64,000 bases of DNA from Patescibacteria group bacterium (GTDB lineage: Bacteria; Patescibacteriota; Minisyncoccia; Phycocordibacterales; Phycocordibacteraceae), in contig JAIELV010000001.1 in assembly GCA_019752595.1 (NCBI GenBank), forward strand, positions 618,394 through 682,393, given 5' to 3'. The notes under the pieces are model-generated. The model did not search any database, was not told the DNA's origin, and saw only the letters and a program-made list of their open reading frames with translations. Shown here piece after piece: positions 46,068 through 57,385 of the stretch. The translations under genes and the position numbers were made by a program. Position 1 is the first letter of the stretch. Every line of letters begins with the position of its first letter.

Positions 46068-46456
46068 ATGCCCCCTATGCCTGGTAAAGAAGTGCCCGCA
46101 AATTGTATGGTTCCATCTTTAATATATATCGAGTAACACGTAGGGTATGCAATCATCCAGCAGTACGCTGGAGTCGCGTCTACTTTACCCAAGTGCTGAA
46201 CCGTGGGGATAATGTGGGTTCTATACGTATACTGCTTTGCCATCTGGGTCGGCATGTTTACCAAATATATCTTTGGCATAAAATTGTCTGAGAGGCCAAA
46301 AACCATAAAATCCCCGTATGAACAGGTGCATGGGAAAAAAGATTTTACATGGAACCCATAATCTTGGCTTAATCCAAGAAAAGCGTTTGTGCTTAAAGGA
46401 ACAAAGAAGGTAAGTAGAACGAGAATGCTGACGCCAAAAAACTTTCGGTAGTTCAT
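46064..46456 (-). CDS. Secreted Cys-containing protein (hypothetical)
   Basis: 130 aa with a signal peptide. Confidence 0.45.
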   Translation of the reverse strand: MNYRKFFGVSILVLLTFFVPLSTNAFLGLSQDYGFHVKSFFPCTCSYGDFMVFGLSDNFMPKIYLVNMPTQMAKQYTYRTHIIPTVQHLGKVDATPAYCWMIAYPTCYSIYIKDGTIQFAGTSLPGIGGI

Positions 46457-46547
46457 GTAAACAGTATGTCACATCCAAGGAATACTTTTTCACTTTTTAA
46501 ACTATATGTGCCTTTACGCATACATAAGGGCGGTATACTGAAAAGCA

Positions 46548-47414
46548 ATGGAAATCCGCAAAGGATGGGAGGTTGTTATTGGTGCGGCAGTGTTTGCTGT
46601 TCTTGCAATCGGCATAGCACTTGGCACATACTTCTTTGAAGGTAGCAAGACTATTGCAGGGGTAGAAGCTGGCGGACCCAATGATGCGGACCGCGATGGA
46701 CTCACGACTGCTGAAGAGCTTGCCTGGGGAACTGACCCAAATAATCCAGACACTGACGGCGACGGCATCGCGGATGGGGCAGAGGTAGATCTTCTCGCAA
46801 GCCCTACAATTGCAGGCTCAAGCATTAACCCTTTCGAGCGGGCGACAGACGAGCGAGTAGCAACGAGTGAGATTGTAGCGTATGGAATAGCGCAAGCTGC
46901 AATCGAGGCCGAAGCGGGCGAAGAACAAAACGCAAGTTCAATAGTTAGTAACCTTGCGAGAAGTATAGACCTGCCTATACTTGCGAAAAACATTACCGCC
47001 AAAGATCTGCGCGTCACTGAAGGTATGTCGATGAAGCTGTACGCGGAAATTGTGTACGAAATACTTAGGGAATCAGCAACCATACGCGAATCAGAACTTT
47101 CACTTTTCAGAAAAGCTGTCGATACAGGAAATTATTCAGGAACCCTAGCTCTCAAGGACGCCGCGCGCACCTATAAAGAAATGGAAGCGGCGCTCATTGG
47201 TATGCAGGTGCCACCGTCAGTGGTGAATGAACATATTGAGCTCGTGAATTCTATCGGGACGCTTGCAAACATTGTAAGTTCAATGGCTTCGTGGAGCGGG
47301 GATTCTTTTGCGGGGATTTTGTATACAGAAGCATTTTTCGCAACCGAACCCCGTATTGAAGCGGCAATCGAAGCTTTGGGTGAGAAAGTTTCATTAACAG
47401 TAACAACACCATGA
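46548..47414 (+). CDS. Membrane-anchored protein with thrombospondin-type-3-like Ca-binding repeats
   Basis: 288 aa with an N-terminal TM helix and DxDxDG-type repeats ([19 protein letters not shown]). It is the first gene of the T4SS-like cluster. Confidence 0.55.
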   Translation: MEIRKGWEVVIGAAVFAVLAIGIALGTYFFEGSKTIAGVEAGGPNDADRDGLTTAEELAWGTDPNNPDTDGDGIADGAEVDLLASPTIAGSSINPFERATDERVATSEIVAYGIAQAAIEAEAGEEQNASSIVSNLARSIDLPILAKNITAKDLRVTEGMSMKLYAEIVYEILRESATIRESELSLFRKAVDTGNYSGTLALKDAARTYKEMEAALIGMQVPPSVVNEHIELVNSIGTLANIVSSMASWSGDSFAGILYTEAFFATEPRIEAAIEALGEKVSLTVTTP

Positions 47415-49339
47415 TTAAAAAAACCCTTGCAACGCTCCTCTGTGTGATTCTGCTTGTCCCCGCAGGTGTATTTGCAGACACTCACACTTCGACGGCAACG
47501 AAAGAGACCGTCTCGGGAACTAAAGAGCGAGTAACAGCAGCTGGGATTGCAGGGAAAGTAAATTGTGGAACCAGAAGAGGTGGGGCATTCCAGCGAGCAC
47601 TTTCTGAATACGGCGACCGCTTGGGGGACGCTGCCCTTAGTGGGATTGCTGACGGCGTTTCAGGACGAGGCGCGGTAGGCGATGCGCTGGGAGATATTCT
47701 TCGTGGCGGGGCTATCGGCGACATCGCTCGTGGGCTTGGGGATGATGCTAGTGATTTTTTGGGTGACTACGCGGGCGGTTTCGTAAGTGATCAAATAAGT
47801 GGCGCGTGCGGAGATTCTTCTCTCGGTCAGCGTATTTGCGGAAGAATTGGAAGCGCTGTTGGCGACTTCGTTGGGGATCAAGTAGAAAGAATCGGAGGGC
47901 AACTGATTTCCCAGGGGCTCGAACAGTTAGGCATTTCCCAGCTTGGCGGTCTCATGGGCGGGTTTGGAGGATTGCTGGGCGGAGGAGAGATAAAAACAAA
48001 AGAAGATGCCCTTCGGAGAACTACGAAAGATACATTGAAGGAGACGTCGCTCGACAGGAGAAATAGTGACACCCAAATTGCTAAAGTCTGTGATGCAGAC
48101 CCTCTGACGCGCAGTCTCGCTGAAGGACAAGCTAAAGCTGCGCAGGCAAAAGTTGTCGAGGTGGCTGCAGAGCAACTTGAAGATCCTGCCGTCGCACGAG
48201 AAACAGCCAGAACATCGGCTAAAGAGGCATATATTGAGAGTATTGCCGACCCTGAAGAGAAGCGCCTTGCGACACGCCTTGCAACGCAGCAAGGAAGTCA
48301 GGGCACACGGGCAAGTTGTGGAACGGGAGTCTTTGAACAGTTATTCAATGATGCAAACTGCAATGTAAAAGCCGCGCAAGTATTTAGTAACATTGGAAAA
48401 GCGGCGGCACAGGGGGAGACATCATACGGCCAATTGAAGGAAGCAACGTACAGCCCACAGGGTATCTGCACTGACGGACCAAATAAAGGCACCCGCAACC
48501 AACCAGAACTTTGCCCGACTCCAGGTCACTATAGGATTACCCTTCCTGGGGATGACGTAAAAAATCTTTCGCAAAAAGCCCAGCAACGCATCTTTGATAT
48601 TGATGCCGATGCTATAGGTGAAGCGGCGGACGATTTAGTTGCGGATTTAATTGATGAAATATTCACCGTTGCCGAAGATGAACTCGAAAGCGGATTACAA
48701 AGACTGGTGTCCAGGCGAGTGTCAGGTTCAGAGGGGCGTTCTGACGGAAGTTACGCTGACCGTCTTGCAGGAGTACGATCATCAGTGGCAACCACAGACG
48801 AGGGAAGAGAATATCTGAGTTCAAATCTTGCAAATTCAATCGCGATTGAAAGCACGTTCCAATCATTTTCTAACGAAGCGATTACAGATGTTTCCGTAAT
48901 AATTGGTGTCTTTGAACAAATAAAATCCTGCTATGCAAATCTTGCGCTCACTTCAAATCCAAACATTACCCCAGAAGAGGCACGCATACGTTCAGAAAAT
49001 GCTTCGTCTACAGTGAACAGCATTCTTCGTCCTCAGCTAGTGTCATTCCAAGAAAATTTTGAAGCATCGCAAGGCGTCGTCAGTGATTTAGGCATTCTTC
49101 TTGATGAAGCACAAACTGCAACAAACGCCACGGAGCTAAACGCGACCGCTGAAAGCTATGATGGTCTGGTGGCAGTAGGGCTTTTACGTTCTGACTCCGA
49201 CTTACAATTCTTTGTCGATGACGTACGGCAGTACTTAGCATCACTTGACCTTGCTCGCGAAGATGCAAATGCGCAATTAGCACAGTGCCAGCAGTACAGC
49301 GCTCCACCTTTCCCGATACCGATACCTCCTACGAACTAA
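47411..49339 (+). CDS. Large secreted Gly/Asp-rich protein (hypothetical)
   Basis: 642 aa with a signal peptide and reiterated GDxxGD / GxxGD motifs. Confidence 0.55.
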   Translation: MIKKTLATLLCVILLVPAGVFADTHTSTATKETVSGTKERVTAAGIAGKVNCGTRRGGAFQRALSEYGDRLGDAALSGIADGVSGRGAVGDALGDILRGGAIGDIARGLGDDASDFLGDYAGGFVSDQISGACGDSSLGQRICGRIGSAVGDFVGDQVERIGGQLISQGLEQLGISQLGGLMGGFGGLLGGGEIKTKEDALRRTTKDTLKETSLDRRNSDTQIAKVCDADPLTRSLAEGQAKAAQAKVVEVAAEQLEDPAVARETARTSAKEAYIESIADPEEKRLATRLATQQGSQGTRASCGTGVFEQLFNDANCNVKAAQVFSNIGKAAAQGETSYGQLKEATYSPQGICTDGPNKGTRNQPELCPTPGHYRITLPGDDVKNLSQKAQQRIFDIDADAIGEAADDLVADLIDEIFTVAEDELESGLQRLVSRRVSGSEGRSDGSYADRLAGVRSSVATTDEGREYLSSNLANSIAIESTFQSFSNEAITDVSVIIGVFEQIKSCYANLALTSNPNITPEEARIRSENASSTVNSILRPQLVSFQENFEASQGVVSDLGILLDEAQTATNATELNATAESYDGLVAVGLLRSDSDLQFFVDDVRQYLASLDLAREDANAQLAQCQQYSAPPFPIPIPPTN

Positions 49340-49486
49340 TTCTTGATGGGGATAACACGCAAAAACAGCTTCGTTAGGGGCTGTTTTTGCGCACAGTGTT
49401 TTCCACTGAACATGCGTGGGGCCGTTGACAACTACTCGTAAAAGGGATACGGTGATATTGACAGAGGGATTCATAAGTTTTCTTAT

Positions 49487-49987
49487 TTGCACTCTATGGC
49501 AAACGTAACACACCACGAGGGATACCATGATGAACGCCCTCACGGGCACCCAATCCGAAATACAGTCCTGGGAGGAATGGGTTTTTTGGCGGCACTCACT
49601 GGGGGAATGCAAGCGGGTAGTTATATTGAAAGAAACGGAGGAGACGTGCCCACAGCGACCCGCAACTTTTTGGCGGGCGTTAATGACAGAGCCCGTGGCA
49701 ATGCGCGAGTAACAGTTGCCCCAACAGATGAAGCTGCACTACTAACCCCAGAGCCTTTACAAGTGGCCCGTAGAGATCCTCCTTCTGGTATACAAAGTGC
49801 TGGTCAACACAGAGGAGAACCTGCATACAGGATTACACGCACGGACGAACGTGGGAGAACAGTTGTTCTTGAGTTTACACGTAGTACCGACCCTGGATAT
49901 CAGCAAGGTGCTGACGAGCGCAGATTTAATCTGCCTGCAGACGCCGATATTTACTACTGGTACTATCCTCCGCGACAATCCGAATAA
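49487..49987 (+). CDS. Hypothetical protein
   Basis: 166 aa with one predicted TM region. A terminator follows at 49997-50024. Confidence 0.4.
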   Translation: MHSMANVTHHEGYHDERPHGHPIRNTVLGGMGFLAALTGGMQAGSYIERNGGDVPTATRNFLAGVNDRARGNARVTVAPTDEAALLTPEPLQVARRDPPSGIQSAGQHRGEPAYRITRTDERGRTVVLEFTRSTDPGYQQGADERRFNLPADADIYYWYYPPRQSE

Positions 49988-49996
49988 AACTTTTTT

Positions 49997-50024
49997 AACC
50001 CCGCACACAGTGACGGGGTTTTTC
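49997..50024 (+). terminator. Rho-independent terminator
   Basis: aaccccg-cacacagtga-cggggtt followed by ttt. Confidence 0.7.
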
Positions 50025-50114
50025 AATACTGGAACGTCGTGCATATCTAAAGAGTTATTCTCAAAAAAAACAAAAAACCTGCTCGACGGGTAACAACGGG
50101 GATATAATGCTCAC

Positions 50115-53100
50115 ATGGCAATGCCTGCTACTTCGTGGCGAAATTTTTTCGTTTTCCTTCTTAATGGGATTATCGGGCTTTCAATCGTTTTCTCGATAGC
50201 AATACCTTTCGCTGAAGCAGCTCCTGTAGCTGACACGTCACGTGCCCGTCCCGCGTTTGAGAGCATGAGCGGGATAAGCGTTTTAAACCCGGCGTATACA
50301 CTCCTTCGTGGTATCCCCGATGGTTGGCGTTGCGGTCAGTTCTCCCAAAGTGAATCAGGGTGTTACGACACTACCAACCCAACAGGTTCTTGGGTCTATT
50401 TAACTTGTAGAAGTGAAACTGTTACGCCGCGGGCGGATATGCCTGATATTTCATACACGACATCCGAGTGCAGCATGTGGCGCGGAAGCGGTTCACAAAG
50501 TATCGATCGGGAGACTCTTACACAATTAGATTCGCCAGGCTCAATGTCTTGGGAAGTGCCAACAATTAACAGTGATGGGACTGTAGAGGTGGAGGAAGGG
50601 AGGGCTGGCGCTGCTGATATTGTCGCGTCGATTTTTGCAGGGGCAGGGAACTGGATTAGCGGAATTTTGATTGAGGCGGTCGCGTTGATTATCTGGTTCT
50701 TCAGCGAGATTTTAGTGTGGATGTTAAACGGTCTTCTCGCACTTGTCGCTTTGTTTTTCGACTACGTCGTCAGTGAGTTTGTTATAGAAATGGGTAAATA
50801 CATCACCGCTGATTCTTCGGGGGCGGTGCGCGACGCGTGGATCATTATTCGCGACCTTGCAAACATCGGCATTATTGCAGGCATGGTGGCAACCGCAATC
50901 GGCACCATTGTGGGGGTCGGGAACTACAGCATCAGTAAAACGCTGGCGCGCCTTATTCTTGCCGCACTACTAGTTAACTTCAGCTATTTTTTCGCTGGAG
51001 CAATTATCGACTTCTCAAACTTCACTGCAAAAGCCGCGTACGAAGCGGTGATTAAAAAAGCGGGGTGCGAAACGGACAGTTCCTGTGGGATTGCAAGCAG
51101 GACTGGCAAATTAATCAATTTCACAGGAATAAATGAAAGGGTGCAGGAAATTGCCGTGGGGGACGACGAAATGACGGCGCAAGGCGCTGAGCGAAGCGGT
51201 GAAACACGAGTCGGGAGGGAAACCTACACAACCGACAACGCCTTCATTCCTTCCCGTCAAGCAACATTCAATGTGATGTTGATTATCTTCATTCTCGTCA
51301 CCATGTTTGTGTTCTTGTCGGCAATCAGCCTCTTGATTGCACGTTTTGTTGCGCTCATATTCCTCCTCATTACGTCACCTATAGGTATTGCTGGATGGTC
51401 GGTCCCTCTTTTGAAAAGCTATTCGGACGAGTGGTGGAAAGCCTTGTCGAGCCAAGCAATGTTCGCGCCAGTCTATTTCCTTCTTGCAGGAATTTCTTTG
51501 AACATGTTGGATGCGTTTGCGGGACAGCTGAACTCAGACCCCGTTGGTCTCTCCTTGACGAGCTTTGCTTTGACTCGTTCGCTTGAGGGGATGATCCCCA
51601 TCATTGCGGTGTTTACTGTTGCAATCGGTTTCATGTGGGCCGCGCTTTCAACCGCAAAGAAAATGGCAGCAGCGAGCGAGCGATTCAAAGAGCTGTACGA
51701 TGGCGTACAAAAATACCTCACCAAGCCTGGCACTTACTTAGGTGGTATGGTCCTTCGTGACACAGTTGGTCGCGCAGCGGACTACGCTCGACTAAAACTC
51801 CCCGGTTTCACTAACCGAGTTTCAGAATGGAGCAAAGGAAAAGGAATGACACAATCCATCGGCAGAGCTGTAGGAAAATACACCGGCCTTGGTGGGTTTG
51901 TAAAAATGGGAGGACGGGCACTCGACCGTGCAGCCCAAAAGGGGTTTGAGAAAATTGCTGACCAAAAATTCTTCGGGGCTGAAGGTTATAAAAAGCTATA
52001 CGACGAAAAAGAAAAACGTAAAATCGACTTGGTGGCAAAAAAAGAGGCGCTGGAAAACGAGGATGATTTCGACGGACGAAAGGCGAAAAGAGAGTTGTTG
52101 GAAAAAGAGCGCAAGTTGAAAGAGGAGCAAAAGAGAACGTCCGCTGCTATTGCAGAGCTTGAAAAAGTCAGCGGTCGCACACCCGCACAAGACGCAAGCC
52201 TTGCTTCGTTGAGGGAGAAAAGGGAAAAGGAGAGAGCGGAACTTGCTGAAATAAATAAATTTAAAGAGAACCGCAAACGACACCCAAAGGATGGTGTTAC
52301 AAAAGAACATGGCGAACTGGTTGAAAGCTCGAGGCTGAATCAGCTGCACGCAGATAGACAAAATGTTATTGGTCAGGGCAAACTTTCCCCCGAAGAGGTC
52401 AAGCGACTTGAGGAGAAGGAAAAAAACAAAACGCTAACCGCGGCGGAAGGCAATCGTCTCCGTCTACACAGAGAGCATGGGGGTGATACCGCTAAACTTG
52501 ACGCTGAAATCGCGGAGGAGGAAGAATTTGAACAACAAAAAGATAAATACGGATGGGGCGGCGCTCAGGGGAGAATCCGTCGCGGAAAGGCAAAACAAGA
52601 TCGCGCGGTAGCGGCAGGAGAACGCATAGAAAATTTCAACGAGAGGGCGCACGCATCGGGGCTGGAAAAAATTGCTGCTGCTGCTGCGAAAGCGGCATTT
52701 AGTGAGCCTGATTTCAGTGCATGGCAAGCTTTGGAGCGGCAAGCGGCAGCAAACCCAGGCGCTTTCAGCGAGACTGACCCTGGTAAAAAGGGGGCTTTGC
52801 AGGTACGCCTTGAAAAATTCCGAGAACAAGCGGAAAACGCGTCCCGCATGAGCCCCGGGGATGAGAAGTCTTACCTGGAAGCGCTACAAACCCCCCCGTC
52901 TGAACGCACTCCCGATCAGGTTGCACTCGTTACCGACCCCAACAGAAAGCTAACAAGTGCGGAAGCCAAAGCCTCGGCCTATTATCGTGAACAAAAAACC
53001 GCAATCACGGAGGATACGAACACAAAATTGGATGCGGACATTAGGAGGCGAACGGCTGGAACGCTTACGGATAAAAAGAGGCTCGCCGAGATGGAAGTTC

Positions 53101-54797
53101 TTGAAAACCGCAGACGAGTCGCAGGTGTTGTTTCAAATGATGGTAAAACCATTATAAAAAAGGGGGACGGCTTCAGCGAGGGTGCAGTAGAAAATTTTCA
53201 TGCATTTAGAATCAGACAAGAATCGCGTAATTCGGCGGTGCAAAGAAAGTTGCAAGAAAAATTTAACGATGAAACTGGCCAGGTTGAATTCGAACTTGAA
53301 GATGATTACGGATACAAATACAGACTCGAGACGGGTGATGCGACACTGCAATTGCGTAACGCAATGGGCGATGCACGCACACTCGTCGGAAAGCTGGGTG
53401 TCGACTACATCAAGGGAGAATACCGTAAAGACCCGAAGAGTATTCTCAAGTACGCAACGGCCCTGAACGACGAAGACTGGGCAAAAATAGCCTCAGACCA
53501 TAGCATTAACGAAGAGATACGGAATGAAATGCAAGTAACCAGAATAAGACGATTCACCGACGGTTTTATTAAGCTCCAACAGGACATTGTTGACGGTAAA
53601 GTTGCGTGGGGCAGCGATGAATTTAATCGCCGCAAAAACGACCTGTTTAACCAGCAGACCAAATACATCCCGAATAGCGAGATGCTCGCAGCGCTCCAAA
53701 CAAACGCGGTCATCGGCGAACTTCATAATAAAAAGACCGGTGCTACGATGCATGTTCGTATTAAAGATCTGAACACAGACACTGGAGAAGAGGGGGTCGG
53801 GAACTTGCGCAGGCTATTCTGGCACAGTACATCTTCAACGATGTTTGCGGACGCGAAGAAAACAAACGTCTTCGGACGTGAACTCAGCGCTGAAATGGCT
53901 CGCGATAAACGCGGCGGAGAGGACGGCACTGACCGAATGCGAGACATTGATCATATGATGTACGACATGATGGGTCTCAGTGACGACAAAAACTACATGC
54001 AACAGACCGCCGGCAAGGTTCAAATGTATGCTAAGGCTCGCGCCGACAAAGCAACAAAAAACATACTCGTAGAAGCCGAGAATAAAATTAACGCGTACAA
54101 TGATGGAGAAAGTACGCAAACCACAAACGACTACATTGCAACGCAGCGCGCACGGCGCCTAGCGCAACTGAATGTGGATGCACAAGCAGGCAGGGGGATA
54201 TTCCAAGACGTGCTACAAACTGCGGTAGCCACTAACAATTTAAAAAGCGTCAGAGCTTCGATCGCACAGAAGTTAAACATCCCCGCCGCCGACATCCCAG
54301 AGCAAGATGTAATCTCTTACGCAAAACTTGAAGCTGTTCGTAAGGTGAAAGCGGAAGTGATGAGTGATCCGCGTTCCGACGAGCAAATAATATCGGAAAT
54401 GGGGCTAGACGAAGGGCAGAAATTAGTTGACCAGAGACTCTTCTTTGAGATGCAAGAGGAGAACAAAATTAATGCGAGAAACCGAGCAAAAGGATGGACT
54501 GAAGATGAAGCAGCAGGAGCGTGGAATGAGAGAAGCATGCACTCGCCCATCATCGCTGAAACCATTCAGCAATCCCAAATTCCTGCACTGCTGTCTGGTA
54601 AAGACCCTGTGGATGCCGAGAGGTTTTGGGAGAGTTACTATTTGACGAGAGGCTCTGAAGAAATTACCGCGGCTCGCAATAGCCAGGCGATACAATCCGT
54701 GATCGTATACCCTACAAAATCGCAATTGCGTGCTATTAACATCAGACGTCTTGCTAATAATCAAGACATTTTGGTCGGCCTCCCCACCAGTGATTAA
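50115..54797 (+). CDS. Giant VirB6/TrbL-like polytopic membrane protein with a ~1000-aa charged coiled-coil extension
   Basis: 1560 aa. The N-terminal ~550 aa has a signal/TM helix plus at least 6 hydrophobic helices in a VirB6/TrbL-like arrangement. The rest is a Glu/Lys/Arg-rich predicted coiled coil and low-complexity sequence. Confidence 0.55.
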   Translation: MAMPATSWRNFFVFLLNGIIGLSIVFSIAIPFAEAAPVADTSRARPAFESMSGISVLNPAYTLLRGIPDGWRCGQFSQSESGCYDTTNPTGSWVYLTCRSETVTPRADMPDISYTTSECSMWRGSGSQSIDRETLTQLDSPGSMSWEVPTINSDGTVEVEEGRAGAADIVASIFAGAGNWISGILIEAVALIIWFFSEILVWMLNGLLALVALFFDYVVSEFVIEMGKYITADSSGAVRDAWIIIRDLANIGIIAGMVATAIGTIVGVGNYSISKTLARLILAALLVNFSYFFAGAIIDFSNFTAKAAYEAVIKKAGCETDSSCGIASRTGKLINFTGINERVQEIAVGDDEMTAQGAERSGETRVGRETYTTDNAFIPSRQATFNVMLIIFILVTMFVFLSAISLLIARFVALIFLLITSPIGIAGWSVPLLKSYSDEWWKALSSQAMFAPVYFLLAGISLNMLDAFAGQLNSDPVGLSLTSFALTRSLEGMIPIIAVFTVAIGFMWAALSTAKKMAAASERFKELYDGVQKYLTKPGTYLGGMVLRDTVGRAADYARLKLPGFTNRVSEWSKGKGMTQSIGRAVGKYTGLGGFVKMGGRALDRAAQKGFEKIADQKFFGAEGYKKLYDEKEKRKIDLVAKKEALENEDDFDGRKAKRELLEKERKLKEEQKRTSAAIAELEKVSGRTPAQDASLASLREKREKERAELAEINKFKENRKRHPKDGVTKEHGELVESSRLNQLHADRQNVIGQGKLSPEEVKRLEEKEKNKTLTAAEGNRLRLHREHGGDTAKLDAEIAEEEEFEQQKDKYGWGGAQGRIRRGKAKQDRAVAAGERIENFNERAHASGLEKIAAAAAKAAFSEPDFSAWQALERQAAANPGAFSETDPGKKGALQVRLEKFREQAENASRMSPGDEKSYLEALQTPPSERTPDQVALVTDPNRKLTSAEAKASAYYREQKTAITEDTNTKLDADIRRRTAGTLTDKKRLAEMEVLENRRRVAGVVSNDGKTIIKKGDGFSEGAVENFHAFRIRQESRNSAVQRKLQEKFNDETGQVEFELEDDYGYKYRLETGDATLQLRNAMGDARTLVGKLGVDYIKGEYRKDPKSILKYATALNDEDWAKIASDHSINEEIRNEMQVTRIRRFTDGFIKLQQDIVDGKVAWGSDEFNRRKNDLFNQQTKYIPNSEMLAALQTNAVIGELHNKKTGATMHVRIKDLNTDTGEEGVGNLRRLFWHSTSSTMFADAKKTNVFGRELSAEMARDKRGGEDGTDRMRDIDHMMYDMMGLSDDKNYMQQTAGKVQMYAKARADKATKNILVEAENKINAYNDGESTQTTNDYIATQRARRLAQLNVDAQAGRGIFQDVLQTAVATNNLKSVRASIAQKLNIPAADIPEQDVISYAKLEAVRKVKAEVMSDPRSDEQIISEMGLDEGQKLVDQRLFFEMQEENKINARNRAKGWTEDEAAGAWNERSMHSPIIAETIQQSQIPALLSGKDPVDAERFWESYYLTRGSEEITAARNSQAIQSVIVYPTKSQLRAINIRRLANNQDILVGLPTSD

Positions 54798-54814
54798 CCC
54801 CCTGAAACTAAGGC

Positions 54815-55804
54815 ATGAAAACCCCCACCAAAGAAGAGCAGTACGGAGCGCTTATAAAGGCCCCAAAACCTTTGAGGGATTTTATAGTGTCACCAACACT
54901 TCTACAGATTTACGGTGGAATAGAGAGGAAGCATAAATTTACACCTGCACAAATGCTTACTGTCTCTCAATTAGCAAATCTTACTCTTCTGGGATTTGAA
55001 AGCGAGACCGCTCTCGAAACAAACATCCACCAAATATTACCCGATTTGTCTCACACTACAACGGTTGAACTCGTTGCTGATATACATACTCGTGTTTTCA
55101 AAGAGGCGCAACGGCGGGTTGAAGAAAGTATCTTAGAACCGAGTGCCTACAGCAAAGCACTCGAGGAATCCGCAGCCCCAGCTGACCCTGAGTATACGAG
55201 AATAAACAACCTTGACGAAGATACCCCTGAATGGAGGGAGATGATAGGCAAGAAAATCGAAGAACAAAAGGCCGAACGAATGGCATTCCAAAAACAATAC
55301 GAAGAAAAAGTGCGAGAGCAAGCATCCGCGAGCGAAAACGCGGATGTCGAAGGGGTGGACATTGCTGATCTTGACGAAGATAATTGGCTTAAATCAAGGT
55401 ATGAACTAGAGTTAGAAGCGATTGAATCAGCGTTTCAAGAAAAAGTTGCTGTCCTTGAAAATGGAGAGGGGGCCCCGGCCGCAAGAACCATCTCTGCAGT
55501 TCAAGGGGGGCGGGATGGCGCTTACGAAAAGCCTGATAAATTGACTTTAAATGTTGTACAAATAACCCAGCCCGTCCCTGCCGAAGCCCCTGCGTCCTCA
55601 GTGTCTATTGCGCAACAAAAACTCAGCGTTCCGACAGCAGAGCAGAGCTCAACATCACAAGTTGAATCTGTCCTTGGACAACCAGGTATTTCCTCAGTCG
55701 AATTGCCAGTACCGTTGGACTCCACGACACAGAAAGCGAATGTAACTCCAATTCAGAAAAGACCCGAAAAAAGCAACGACCCGTACCGGGAATCCGTCGA
55801 CTAG
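54815..55804 (+). CDS. Acidic hypothetical protein, paralogous N-domain with the next gene
   Basis: 329 aa. Its N-terminal ~100 aa aligns with ORF 55823..56164. Confidence 0.45.
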   Translation: MKTPTKEEQYGALIKAPKPLRDFIVSPTLLQIYGGIERKHKFTPAQMLTVSQLANLTLLGFESETALETNIHQILPDLSHTTTVELVADIHTRVFKEAQRRVEESILEPSAYSKALEESAAPADPEYTRINNLDEDTPEWREMIGKKIEEQKAERMAFQKQYEEKVREQASASENADVEGVDIADLDEDNWLKSRYELELEAIESAFQEKVAVLENGEGAPAARTISAVQGGRDGAYEKPDKLTLNVVQITQPVPAEAPASSVSIAQQKLSVPTAEQSSTSQVESVLGQPGISSVELPVPLDSTTQKANVTPIQKRPEKSNDPYRESVD

Positions 55805-55822
55805 ACGGGGTAAAATACATAT

Positions 55823-56164
55823 ATGTTTTCATTTACACCCGAAGAAATAGCGGGCGCGAAATCAAGCGCCCCGAAAGTAATCACTGATTTTCTAGCATCG
55901 GCTGATTTCAAAAAAGAAATCTTCGCAATCAGTAAACAGCACACACTGAATTTACAGGGGATTGCAGAACTAAGCGACATTGTCACTTATATGCTCCTTG
56001 GGCTCATCCCGCAACATGAATTTGCAGGATACATACATTCTTCCCATATGCACCTCAGTCCTGAGGGCCAACGCATGCTTTTAAGCGAAGTTGATGCGAA
56101 GATTTTTAGCGAAATAAAAAGAAGACTCCAATCAGATACCACACCGAGAACTGAACAAGAGTAG
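55823..56164 (+). CDS. Hypothetical protein, paralogous to the N-domain of the preceding gene
   Basis: 113 aa. Confidence 0.45.
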   Translation: MFSFTPEEIAGAKSSAPKVITDFLASADFKKEIFAISKQHTLNLQGIAELSDIVTYMLLGLIPQHEFAGYIHSSHMHLSPEGQRMLLSEVDAKIFSEIKRRLQSDTTPRTEQE

Positions 56165-56229
56165 TGCTGGGCTTTTGCATCTCATACACCCTCGCCTACC
56201 GCAGTGAATTTTTAGTTTACAATTACAGT

Positions 56230-56661
56230 ATGCAATTTCAGGTTCCTCAGTTTATTGAGGTTGAAGATAAAATATTCGGCCCATTAACGGCAACCCAGTT
56301 TATTTACCTCGTTGGTGGAGGGGGGTTTGCCGTTGCAATGTGGCTCTTGTTACCACTATGGGCTGCGGTACTTATTGGAGGGCCCGTAGCAGGGCTCGGG
56401 GTGGCTCTTGCGTTTTACAAGGTAAACGACCGCCCGTTCATTCAAGTTATCGAAGCGGCGTTTCAGTATATTTTGAAGTCAAAGCTCTATATTTGGGAAC
56501 ATAAAAATGCCGAACCCTCGCCAGAGCAGGCGGCGGAACGCGACAACGACCCAGCAAAATTTGTGCCCGCAGCAACGGGTGACCGACTGAAAGATTTGGC
56601 ATGGAGTTTGGATGTGCAGGAAAAAACTCAGCGAGAAGGAATAGAACTCCCAAGAATATAA
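56230..56661 (+). CDS. PrgI/VirB3-like small membrane protein
   Basis: From MQFQVPQFIEVEDKIFGPLTATQFIYLVGGGG... there are two TM helices and a PrgI-type LT..Q motif. It lies immediately upstream of VirB4. Confidence 0.55.
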   Translation: MQFQVPQFIEVEDKIFGPLTATQFIYLVGGGGFAVAMWLLLPLWAAVLIGGPVAGLGVALAFYKVNDRPFIQVIEAAFQYILKSKLYIWEHKNAEPSPEQAAERDNDPAKFVPAATGDRLKDLAWSLDVQEKTQREGIELPRI

Positions 56662-56717
56662 GGGGCACGGAACCGAGAATTCACTCTGTGAAGTAAAACA
56701 TACCGTACACTACATAT

Positions 56718-57383
56718 ATGCCCCCCCAGCAAAAAAAGAAGAGCGCTGCCGCACAAGAATTTGTACCCGTAAAAGAGGTGCGTGGTGGCGTCATGATAAT
56801 GAAAGACGGCACACTCGTTGGGGCGCTACTGGCGTCTTCGGTTAACTTTGCCCTCAAATCAGAAGACGAACAGACAGCAATCATTGCACAGTTTCAAAAC
56901 TTCCTTAACTCCCTCGATTTTTCAGTTCAGCTTTTCATGCAGTCGCGAAAGCTCGACATACGCCCATACGTAGCCCTTCTTGATGAGCGCCTGAAAGCAC
57001 AAACAGAGGAGCTCATGAAAATACAAGTCCGAGAATACATAGAATTCGTGAAAACGTTTGTCGAGCAGGCAACCATCATGTCGAAGCGTTTTTTTGTAAT
57101 TGTTCCTTATTCGCCACCAGCACTAAACATACAGAAGGAGCTCCAGAGTAGGGTTTTTGGAAGCCCCGATGTTGAAATCGGAGCTAAGAAGGGGAGTTTT
57201 GAGGAACACCGCACACAACTTGAGCAACGTATGTCCATCGTCGCAGGGGGGCTTGCAGGGTGCGGGGTGCGCACCGCGCAACTAGGCACCGAAGAAATAA
57301 TTGAACTTCTCTACAAGGAATTTAACCCAGGGGAACTTGAAAAACCAATAACCCTGCAACAAAACGCGATACCGCAAAAATAA
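56718..57383 (+). CDS. VirB4-like ATPase, N-terminal domain as a separate ORF
   Basis: 221 aa. The segment VPVKEVRGGVMIMKDGTLVGALLASSVNFALKSEDEQTAIIAQFQNFLNSLDFSVQLF matches the conserved N-terminal region of Gram-positive VirB4 (PrgJ/TcpF). Its stop is 2 nt before the next ATG. Confidence 0.6.
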   Translation: MPPQQKKKSAAAQEFVPVKEVRGGVMIMKDGTLVGALLASSVNFALKSEDEQTAIIAQFQNFLNSLDFSVQLFMQSRKLDIRPYVALLDERLKAQTEELMKIQVREYIEFVKTFVEQATIMSKRFFVIVPYSPPALNIQKELQSRVFGSPDVEIGAKKGSFEEHRTQLEQRMSIVAGGLAGCGVRTAQLGTEEIIELLYKEFNPGELEKPITLQQNAIPQK

Positions 57384-57385
57384 CT

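Noticed and set aside
46514-47083. 189-aa minus-strand ORF
   Set aside because: It is antisense to the TSP3-repeat membrane protein. Its composition is driven by the GC-rich repeat codons on the opposite strand.
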